Assembly (NCBI GenBank): GCA_051294375.1 | Contig: JBJCIZ010000529.1 | Coordinates: forward strand, 1-20,283 | From: Paraspadella gotoi | Lineage: Eukaryota; Animalia; Chaetognatha | Direction: 5' to 3' | Length of the DNA: 20,283 nucleotides | Part shown: one piece after another, positions 11,200 to 20,283 of the stretch | Position numbering within the stretch: position 1 is the first letter of the stretch | Layout of the letters: every line of letters starts with the position of its first letter | The notes under the pieces: model-generated | What the model saw: the letters and a program-made list of their open reading frames with translations, nothing else | Databases searched by the model: none | What the model was told of the DNA's origin: nothing | Translations under genes and position numbers: made by a program

Positions 11200-11368
11200 A
11201 TGACAGAACCGTTCAATATAAGCAGTCCCTCAGCTTCGGATCAGGCTGTAACACCGAGTTACAGGCGGGTTAAGCGCCCCGTCCCTCTTAACTGCAAGGT
11301 GACCACCGGCTAGAACCCCGGACCTTTTGGGTTGGGAGGCGAATGACTTGCCTCCGGCACCAATGGCC
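11200..11368 (-). mobile_element. tRNA(Gly-like)-derived SINE
   Basis: Minus strand GGCCATTGGTGCCGGAGGCAAGTCATTCGCCTCCCAACCCAAAAGGTCCGGGGTTCTAGCCGGTGGTC; acceptor-like stem GGCCATT/GGTGGTC; resembles tRNA-Gly(CCC); GC-rich body follows; 3' boundary approximate. Confidence 0.6.
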
Positions 11369-11429
11369 GCTGATGAACGGTTGGTGGATTTTAGTCCACC
11401 ATAAAATATATATATATATATATATAAAT

Positions 11430-11721
11430 ATCGTAAACGTAAACCACTTGATTCAAATGTTTACTAAGGAAATGTTTATTTATTTTCAAACAGGTTATTA
11501 AAACGAGTCAAGAGAAAGAGATATAATTATTATTTTCAGTTCTTTAGTCCTAACGCTCTCAGATCGCGTTCAGCTTGAATCTCATGTTTCTCTCCCCTTT
11601 CACTCCTCCTTGCATGCTCACATCCCCCTCTCCTCGAGCAAGCCTTCTCCTCCTCCTATCCTTTCGATGCTTTTTTCGCTCGCGTGCGTTGCGCGGGAGC
11701 TGTTCCTAGCGTCGATGTGAC
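11430..11721 (-). mobile_element. putative 3' LTR
   Basis: Begins (T)GTCACATCG right after the PPT; AATAAA on minus near 11475-11484; runs out at a (TA)n tract; distal boundary uncertain, no clean CA end. Confidence 0.5.
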
Positions 11722-11734
11722 CCCCCCCCTTTCT
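11721..11734 (-). promoter_or_regulatory. polypurine tract
   Basis: AGAAAGGGGGGGGG on minus, overlapping the env stop codon. Confidence 0.75.
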
Positions 11735-13973
11735 AAAAAGGGCGAGGAGGGTGGAAGTCTAACCACCGACGAGCTTGATTTACGCTGGAGGAGGATGTGT
11801 CGAACCGATGTAGGATCGTAGTCCGCTCGTCGCTGAATCCGCCAGCGCCTCTCCTTGTTCCTGCGCGCAGCGCGTGCAGAAGTGACAACAGAAACAGCAG
11901 CAGCAGATGCAAGCAACCGACGGTGATGGCGACTATGATGATTCCGATTGCGATCGTGGGCGCAATGTTTTGCCAGGTCGCCCAGAGAGAGGTGAAGGGG
12001 TTTGCGCCGAAGATTTTTCTGAAGAACGAGGTTGACGAGGCTGCGGTGATCTCGCCTTTTCTTGGACGAATTCGTGGTCGAACGCCAGCTGCCTCATTTC
12101 TCCTCCCGGGTGTTGTTCCGTGTGTAGCTTGACACCTCGATCTCGCCCGAACCATTCGCTCCTCTTCTCCGACTGACCTACAATCGCCTTTGCTCGGTAC
12201 TCAAAGTGAGACGTGCTGTTTTCAGTCCAAGTCTCACGACCGGCGCTCGGGCTTTTGGCGAGGGGGACGCGACCGTCAGAGTCGCGGCGGCATTACTAAT
12301 GCCGCTGTTCAGAACGTGCTCTTGTGTGGTTGATGAGTTTTGGGCGCCGCGCGCGGCGTAGTGCGACGAGACGCCGACTCCCTGGCACCCGCACGCTCGC
12401 GCGCGTTTCCTGCTTTCCGCGACACTTTTTGTATACCGCTTGTGGCACGCGATTCTTGTAGACCCTGGCTTGCTGGGAAGACGCGTCGCAGGGCGCTCTC
12501 CAGGGGGATTGACGTAAGACGTGGTGATATACCGCATGGCGAAACGCCGCTTTTCCTCTGTAAGCTGATCGGTCAGATCGTGAAAGCAGCGGTCGGTGTT
12601 GCGGCGCAGCGCCAGCGTCCTTTCGCAAGACGCCGTTAACAGTAGTTCGCCACGCAGGAGCGCGACCCGTCCTTTTCCGACGAAAGTGGCTGAAGCTGGG
12701 GAGAGATGTGCTTTCTCGGCTGCGAGGCGAGCTTCTTTCGTTTTTGCGATGCATAATTCGCGGCGGAGAGCGTCAGTGAGCTGGTCCAATCGGTCCTGGT
12801 TTCGTTGGGCTAGGTGCGACGACTTTTCGATGAGCGCCGTTAGGGCCGTCGGATCCTTTTCGAATGAGGTCGGTCTGTCGCTCGAAACGACGAAAAAGTG
12901 AGGTGAAGACGTGGCGGCGGCGCTGGTTCTGCAGCCACGGAGCGTTTCTTCTTTTCCGGCGATTCTGAGTGTAAAGGCGCCGGCTGGAACCGGCGCGCAG
13001 GCGACATGGCATTTGTTTATCGTGGAATCGTGGTTTCCTGCTTTGTTGTTTCGGTGCAGAAAAATCGTGCAACGTGCCCAGCAGCCTGGTTTCCCTACGA
13101 AGGAGGCGGCGTCGTCGTTGCACGGGGTGCCGTCCGCCGGTTCGCATTTTCCGAGTGCGTTTCGCCGGTCCGCCATTGTTGGCGTTCGGATAAAATCGTC
13201 GTGGCTCTGAAATACTCCCCCTTCATAGGCTGTCCTCGCTCGGCAGCCTCCGTCGTTCCACGCGAATATTCCTCCTGGGTACACGCACTGGCGCTGTGCG
13301 ATGTCGCAGCGCCCGTCTTTCGTTGTCTGGTCTCCCTGGATCTTTACTCGCGAGACATAGAGCGTGAGGTTCGACACGAGCTTTGCGTTTTCACTTTCGT
13401 AGGAGTGTTCGTGGAATTTAAATTTTTCTCCGGTGCAGCCGCCGTCGGCGTCGTTTGTTCCGATTCTATGGGTGATGATGTTTGTCCCGATGGTGCCACG
13501 CATGCGGAGTGGGCGGAACAGTCCAGTGTCGTCCGTAGTGCGAATGGGGAGCGTCTCCAGCGTGATCGTTCTACCAGCATGGAGATCGAGACATTGGCTC
13601 CTCGGGATTGAAAAATGGTCGATGACGTCGATGTTTGGGTAACTTATCGACCAGCGGCCGCAGTACCTTCCCGTCGCTATGATGGTGAGGTCACATCCTT
13701 TGACCTCGTGTTCATAATTTTCTGGAACGTAGACTATTTTTACTTCGCGAAAGTTTCGCTCTGGCTTTTTCGGCCATTTCGCATCTCGCTTCGTCTATCG
13801 CCAAAGCGCCGCGTGATCTGACGTCCTGTTGCAGTCGAACACTGTGACTCGCCGGTCCAGTGCGTCTGCTCCGAGGATGACCTTCCTGGTCGAAATGGTA
13901 AGTTGGCGTCGGCGATGTCCGGGATTAGGCCTGCGGCGATGGCGATGATGGCGACGATGGTGGTGACTTTCAT
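11733..13973 (-). pseudogene. env: envelope glycoprotein, chuvirus G/class III (gB-like) type, frameshifted
   Basis: Signal peptide MKVTTIVAIIAIAAGLIPDIADA; VTVFDC..RC..VKGCDL..YCGRWS..QCLDLH..DADGGCTG..CDIAQRQC..FAW..C..YEG..LRRELC..GRVALLRGELLLTASC..RNTDRCFHDL; TM IAIGIIIVAITVGCLHLLLLFLLSLL; one stop-free frame 13794-12178. Confidence 0.85.
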
Positions 13974-14404
13974 TTTCGTTATCCGTCTTTCTCTCCTTTC
14001 CGAATTTAATTTTCCTTTTTAATTGTTTCGGGAATTTGGCTTCTTATTTTTCTTAAATATCTTTTTTTTTTTTTTTTTTTTTTGTTTGAGAAATGATCTC
14101 TCCCCTTTTCCGTCCGCGATCAACTCTCGCAGAAGTAGGTTAAAGTTGAAGCGAGCGACGGTTTATTTTTCACCGGTGAGGGAAAGAGTGTAAGAGAGAG
14201 AGAGAGAGAGGGGGAGAGAGAGAGAGAGAGAAGGGGGCAGGTTGAGATAAGGGTCTCTAGATTCATCGAGTTGTTGTCGTTGTTGTTGTGCTTTAGGTTT
14301 AGCGTGAGAGAGTTTACTCGGTGATATTCTCTTCTTTCTTTCTTTTTTTCTTTCTTTCTTTCAACACTGTTGGATTCGTGTTTTTGCTGAACGCTAAGAG
14401 CTTT

Positions 14405-15660
14405 GTTTAAGAGGAAAAAGTTTGAGAGCGCGGTTCACCGCTTTGAGGCGGCGGCGGTGGTAGACGTATTGGGCGTTTCCAACGCCTACCTTGAAATGGT
14501 TTCCGTGCGATTTGAATTATTTTGTGCGGTCCAGTGTAAAGGCGATTTCACTTTATTTACGCTTGGAGTGGCGCCAGTTCGGATGAGATCGCGTCTGACG
14601 TAGACGAGGTTCGCGCGCACAGAGTCGTTTCGGGTCCGCAAGGCGGTTGTTTCGTTTCGTGTAGCGGTGGAGGCCGATTCGCTGCGCCGCGACGCGTTCG
14701 TGTGCGCGTTTTTGGCCTCTTTTGCGCGTTGCTTGCAAATTCGGTGAGTGATTCATAGAGAGCTTCGTCCGGCGGTTTCGATGATCCTCGGTCGATTTCC
14801 AAAACTGTAGCTCATGTAGCGACATGTCTGTTTTCCAACCGGAAAATGGGCGTGGCGGTTTAGCGCCAACAGGAGGTGAGGGAGCGCCGGGAGCCATCCA
14901 TTTGGGTCGTCGTCGAGAGCCTTTCTGAGCGCCTGTCGAATGCGCCCAATGTCCCTTTCTGCGCGATTACTATTTTTTCCTTGATACGAGGACACGCTTC
15001 CCACTCATATCCAGTAAGTCTAGGATGCTTCGCATCTCTTCGCCATTTAGTGAAGTCGCGCCGTCAAAGTTTATCTCGAGGTACGAACCGTGAAGGCTGA
15101 AAATTGCTTTGTCGAGTGCAGTGATAATATGGTTTGCATCTGCACGGCGAAATTGGAATCGCCCATGTGTAGGCGGAGGCGTTGTCAGAGGCGACTAAAA
15201 CGTATTGAAAGCCCCCGCTGCGGAGGTAAGTGCATAACGTCTATGCACAGCGACTCCCACGGGATTAGCGCGTGGTCGGGCCTGAATTTCCGTCTCGTTG
15301 AATCTCATTTCATCTGTCCGCCTTCCGGCAAGTTTTCGCATTCGAGCACTATTTTCGAGCAAGCCGCGACCAGGCCGGGCGCTGCTACATACTGTGCGGT
15401 GATATACGCGGTTTCTGTCGGGCGGCCGGGGTGGCCAACGCGGTCGTGGATTAGGCGGACGATTTTCTCTAAGTTGTCGGGAGGGACGATGAAACGCGAG
15501 GTCCTTGTTTCATCCCGGAAACCTATCACGCAGAGGATTCCATCGTCCGAGGTGGACAAGTCGTCGGTTACCGCCGAGAGAAATGCTTGCGTCTTTGTCA
15601 ACGCCTTCGCCTTGATGGACCGGAAGTGGGCCTTGACGGCGTCGGTTCCATGGTGAGTGA
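14405..15660 (-). pseudogene. pol: integrase (HHCC, DDE core, GPY/F module)
   Basis: HDRVGH..CEN(C); PWESLCIDVMHLP; GSYLEINFDG; SNRAERDIGRIRQAL..WLPALPHLLLALN; YTGPHKIIQI..YHRRRLK; several 1-bp frameshifts. Confidence 0.9.
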
Positions 15661-16324
15661 GGATCGTCGCGACTGATTTGATGTCATCGTTGCTTTGTTG
15701 CCATTTCTTTACGTCAGCCCTGAGCGGGAGTAGGCGCGGGTCGCGGTCAAGTGGCTGCTCCAGCTCGGTTTCGAGGTCCTGGGCGTCGACGTCTAGGGAG
15801 GCGTCGATGGCGGTGTCGTAGACGAGCTCCTCGCCTTCTTGCCCAGGTGGCAGCTGTTGAGGCAGCTGTTGAGGCGGCTGTGGCGAAGGGGTTGGCGCCG
15901 GCGCCGGCGGTTCAGCTTGGCGCCCTGGGCTGATGGGGTCGTCGGCGACGCCGGCAGGTGGGCCGGCGACGCGCTCCTGGGGTTGCGACCAATTTCGTTG
16001 AGCCAGGGGGGTCGGCGAGTCTCCCGGCGACGGCGGCGGGCCGGCGGATGGCGGTGCTTGCGCAGCGGCGCTATCATTGTCATCGGCATCATCTTCGGCC
16101 GGAAGTGGGTTGAAACGGAAAAATTTTTGAGAACCGTGTCTCGGGGGAGGTTCGGCAGCCGCGATGGTTTTTGCTTTAACCGTTTTTGGCCGGCCTCGGC
16201 TTCTTCGGGGCTCTCTTCAGTCGTTCTAGCTCCGCAACAGTGATGACCACGGCGTCATCGGTTTCGTCTCCGGAGTCCGCCTGTTGAGCCAGTGCGCGAA
16301 GGTAAGTCCCAGGTGGTGAGTCTT

Positions 16325-16725
16325 GTATGAGAGAGACCTGGCCTGTGATTGACCTGAAGATTTGGAGAGTTCGGTCTGATTCTCTTCCATACGTTTTGAC
16401 GAATTTGCAGCCTGATGGCACTGTGGAGTCTTCGTCTAGTATTTTTATGCATACTCCTGTCATTTCGGTCAAAAGTTCTAGCTCCGGGTGACCAAGGTTC
16501 CAGTCTTTCGCCGATATCGTGCGGATAAACGCGTCGGCGTTTTTTCGTTTTCGGCGTCCCATATAGACGCCTTATGTTTTCTTTTCGCTTGTCAAACCTT
16601 TTTCGTACAAATTCGAAAAATTTCTTTCGAAAAGATTTTTCCTCTATCTCTCTCAGCGTGGCGGCGACGAGGGCGAGCGTCGGGGCGCCGCCAGTGTCGA
16701 GTTCCAAATGACCAGGCCATGCTTC
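16325..16725 (-). other. pol: inserted OTU-like domain lacking catalytic residues
   Basis: HGLVI/LELDTGGAPTLALVAATL..FRKKFFEFVRKR..DAFIRTISAKDWNLGHPELELLTEMTGVCIKIL..TYG..TLQIFRSITGQVSL follows OTU motif spacing by eye, reconstructed over two frameshifts. Confidence 0.55.
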
Positions 16726-16829
16726 CCCGGTGACTGGGCATTCGGAGAAGCCAGGGACGTAAGCTCTGTGCAGTCAAAACCTGCTGGCCAGAAGGGCGTG
16801 TCGAGCGGCGTTATCTGGCCTTGGTCGGT

Positions 16830-17212
16830 GAAGCGGGTGAGGAAATCCGCGGGATTTTCTTCGCTTTTCACCAGTACCACTTCTTGGGGGTGGCATTCCT
16901 GACGGATTTCTGTGATCCAGCGGAGGACGTTTGTCGGTAAGCAGTTGTTGTTTATCGTGCTGTAAGTCCATGATTCGTTTGAAATATTGTGAATCTGTGA
17001 TCAATGAAACCCGCCTACCGCAGATGTAGCCTTTAAATCGTCTAATCATCATGTTGAACGCCAGCGTTTCTAAGATGTTTATATGCTTTAGTCGGTACTC
17101 GTCTGGGAAGGTCTTCGAGTGGAAACTGAGGGGGTACTCGATGCCGTCCGCTGTGGCTGTGATGAGACCTCCCATCGCGCTGGTGCTGGGCGTCAGCGTA
17201 AATGCGGTATTC
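16830..17212 (-). pseudogene. pol: RNase H
   Basis: EYRIYADA(S)TSAMGG..PLSFHSKTF..ILETLAF..FKGYICGRRVSLITDSQ..ENPADFLTR. Confidence 0.92.
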
Positions 17213-17279
17213 GCCATTTTTTATCTTTGCATCGTTCAGAAAATTTAGACCGGGGGTCGGATTTGATTTCTTTTATTAG

Positions 17280-18270
17280 CATGTCTAGGCTTTCCCTATG
17301 GGCCTCTGTGAAGCTGAAATCTTTCTTGTCGAGGCAGGGTGAGGGCGTGGAGCGGTTGTGCCAGATAGGAGAAACGGTGAGTAAAACAGCGATAATAGTT
17401 TAGGGAAGCCAGGAGCGCTCGCAGGTCTTTCTGCGTCCTTAGTTCCTTCAATTTTAACTCGCTTGTTCCATCTTCTCACGCTGGGGTCTCAACTTATCCT
17501 TAGAGATGCTGAAACCGAGGATCTTGATATCGTCCTTTCTCAGCAGGACGCTTTTTGTCCATTTGAGGACCACGTTTTCTCTTTGGCAGATCGAGAGAAA
17601 CTCGCGGAGTCTGAGGGCCATTTCGTCGGGGTCCCTGGCCGTGAGGATGAGGTCGTCGACATAAATAAGGAATGATTTACAATCTCTGCCGAGGTCGGCA
17701 AATATCTCATCGAGAATGGCCTGGAGGACGTTTATACTATTCACAATTCCGCCCCATTGGTAATTTGTTCATTTGCCAGTTGTGTCCCGCCCCTGCAAAG
17801 GCAGTGATTGGCTTGCAGCGGTCCGTGAGGTTCACCTGGTGAGGCCAGGATGTCGACCGAGCACTGGAGCTCATGGGCTTGTATCCTCCAAATTGCAGAG
17901 CATCGTTTTCGCGCTCTGTTGCGACCGTAGGTGAGAGATGTTATCATTTACAGCAGATTATGGCTCACATATGAGCGCCATTGTTTTGCGAAGGTCTCAT
18001 CGTCCATCTCCTCTTGTCCCTGTCCCACGTGGTTTGGCTTCTTTATGAGGAAGGCATTTGAGTACGCTTCGCCTGATGTTCTGGACACAACGCCGGCTTC
18101 TTCGTAAACCTCAAGGTACCTTTTTAAGGCGGCTTTCTTTACGGGTCCCTGGTTGATAAAACGCGGTTTGGGTAGGTCCTCCGTCGTGAAACCGAGGTCT
18201 ACCTTGTAATTCAAGAAACCTTCCTTACAATCGTTTATGGAATCGCCGAAGACGTCGCGGAATTCCCATA
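17280..18270 (-). pseudogene. pol: reverse transcriptase
   Basis: EFRDVF..EAGVVSRT..SNAFLIKKP..QWR; ITAF..WQMNKLPMG; FLIYVDDLIL..K..IKILGFSIS. Confidence 0.93.
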
Positions 18271-19049
18271 CAGCGTCCCAGACCACAGGTGTGTGCTTTA
18301 TCGGCAAGCGCTGGGTTACCATTCTATTGAACGGTTGAGTGAACATCTTTTTCTTCCATCGATTCGTTGTTCATGTTTTTGTCGGCGCCTTATCCGTGTC
18401 TGTTCCCGTACCGCTTCAACTCCGCTATTCTCACGGAGGCGAAGACTGTTACTATTTGATCGTTGGCGGCAAGTCTTTTTTTCTACATTCCTTTTAGTTT
18501 TAGGCTTTTGTCCTGAAAGTAGAATCCAAGCTGATACTGGTTTCGCTGTGTCTGAGTCGGAGGGGATCGGAGCTGTTTCTGAGCTTCATCTGTGACGACT
18601 ATCTTTGCTTTTCCCCATCACCAGGCAGTTCCCGGTAAGCTGACGCCGAGAGCGTGAGGGCGTCTCCAGTGACGGAGGCAGGCAACGTCTCCGCTTAGTG
18701 TTTCTAACGATCCATGTCGCATCGGCGAGGCGTCTTCCAGTAAAACCTTCGCAGCTCTAACTTGAGGACTCGCCCGGGCGCTCCTTGCTTCGGCAACAAA
18801 GGCGATGGTGGAGGATGGCATCGACGGAAGCGCCTGGCGAGCCACCTGGGCCGCCCGGAGCGCCGTTATCTTACTATTTCATGCAGGTAGGTGAATGGGT
18901 TCCCCAAAGACACATGGAGCCACCATGACAGTCCGCTTTCGCACAAAGGGATACGAACCACAGAGCTCGTGTCATGGCGGGCGCAGGGTCTGTAAGGTGA
19001 GCCGGTTCGCAAATGAAACGTCACGTGTCATCCTCATCGGAGATACGAA

Positions 19050-19320
19050 AAATGATTGTGTCCAAAGTCCAGTGTTTGAAACATGAACTTTGAGGCTCAT
19101 CAAACGGTTCTCAGGAAATGAACACGATTCACATTTCGGTGGTCACTCGTACTGGCGGGCCTTCGAGGTGACTTTGTCCGGAGGGGCGATCCATTCGTTC
19201 TACGAATTCGGCCGAGGGATCGTGTTATGGAGGCCTCCTGTTCGAGAGGCAGGCTGCGGAAGCGCCACTAATAACCGCCGGAATATAGCTATTTTTAGGC
19301 GGCCGGTAATTGTGGCCGTT
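19050..19320 (-). pseudogene. pol: aspartic protease remnant
   Basis: TITGRL/KNSYIPAVI-SGASAACLS (DSG motif with the Asp codon missing), later IRRTNGSPL; sits in the expected position. Confidence 0.6.
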
Positions 19321-19439
19321 TGTGTCGTCCCTAGCGGTGGAGGGCCTAGCGTTTCCGGGCGTGAACCGAGGATTCGGGGGAGTGAGAAGCGGAGACTTCG
19401 TCCTTTTGATTGTGACCGGGACGCTGAGGCGCCGAAAAA

Positions 19440-20283
19440 TCTTTCCGGCTCGTGGCACTCCTTTTCGCCACGGTCGATGCGCTTTTGTGCAAGGACTCTC
19501 CCTCTCTGGTTCATTACCCTCGTAAAGTTGGTTGTAAAAAGCGGGCATCGCGCTGATAGCGCCGTTAGTGGTCTGGACGGAGACGTGCCATGTACTCGGC
19601 GTATGTGTTTCCGATGTAGGAGCTCCTGGGCGGGTCCTCGGGCTTTGCACTGCGAGCGCGGCCGCGCCTCGGGCTTGAGCGTCCCTTCCGATTCGTCTCT
19701 GGTCCAGAGAGAGGAGTACAGAGCTTCTTCACAGAGTTTTAATTCTCTTTAATTTAAAGCCTTCCTCTCTTCCTTTTCTCGCGAGCGGCCATAATTCCTA
19801 GCGCTTTTGTTTGCCATCTCTGGAGGCTAAGCGGCTATTTACGGTTACTTTCAGTGGCGCAAAACAACTTTCGTATCCGGCTCGTGGCCGCTATGTGGCT
19901 GCCAATAATAGGGCATCGTTTAGGGTCATGCGATGTCCGCCTAAGGCGGCGTATCTTTTCGGGCTAGGCAGAGGAACATCTTGCAAATCTCGTAAAATCT
20001 AGCGGTCCATGTTTTTTTACTAGCTCGGAACCAACGCAGTATTTCTTTTGTCACGTTCTGGCTGCCCTTCTGCATATAGCGAGTACTTTATATTTCATCG
20101 GCATTTTAATTTTTCACAAGAAATAATTGTCATCATCATTCAGTCGTCAATTTCCAACATGGAAAATCACGTCTATCTTGCTTCAAAATCGGGCCAGTCT
20201 CTGCCATTCTTGGCTGGTCCCTTGCGCTTATTGCCCATTTGCCTTCGTCGCCAAAACTTTCGGCCGCCGCGAATCGGTCATCG
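19440..20283 (-). pseudogene. gag 3' portion, heavily frameshifted
   Basis: Upstream of the protease; possible broken zinc knuckle CTK..GEKEC near 19450-19495; the rest is assigned by position only. Confidence 0.4.

Larger units (their letters stand above)
11430..20283 (-). mobile_element. env-bearing Ty3/Gypsy LTR retroelement, 5' end outside the window
   Basis: Order gag-PR-RT-RH-INT-env-PPT-LTR, all on minus; sharp GC/CpG rise against the host flank. Confidence 0.92.

Noticed and set aside
16680-16707. LELDTGG as a second aspartic protease active site
   Set aside because: The following sequence is helical and charged rather than beta-rich, and a protease remnant already sits in the normal position
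18520-18550. IQADTGFAV protease-like motif on the plus strand
   Set aside because: Antisense to pol with no supporting context
12340-20002. Many plus-strand ORFs of 60-220 aa
   Set aside because: Antisense shadows of GC-rich minus-strand coding sequence; no motifs
11430-20283. Classifying the large element as BEL/Pao (Anakin-like) because of its env
   Set aside because: The RT, RNase H and integrase GPY/F motifs are Ty3/Gypsy type

Overview
Eukaryotic, probably invertebrate, AT-rich repeat-dense DNA with no recognisable host gene. The right half (about 11430 to beyond 20283, minus strand) is one GC/CpG-rich Ty3/Gypsy LTR retroelement in the order gag-protease-RT-RNase H-integrase-env, followed by a polypurine tract and a probable 3' LTR. 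Its frames are broken by many 1-bp indels. Two parts stand out. The env has a signal peptide, a C-terminal TM and the cysteine pattern of chuvirus/gB-like class III glycoproteins, plus an extra Cys-rich module. Pol carries about 350 extra aa between RNase H and integrase, including a domain that looks like a catalytically dead OTU fold. The left half is a patchwork of older relics: a BEL/Pao-type triple zinc knuckle in a decayed frame, a Gypsy integrase tail with LTR facing away from a same-type gag, two inverted copies of a ~0.7 kb non-coding element, three tRNA-derived SINE heads, a Helentron/HINE-like 5' end, and mini/microsatellites. All domain calls come from motifs read by eye across frames; no searches were run.
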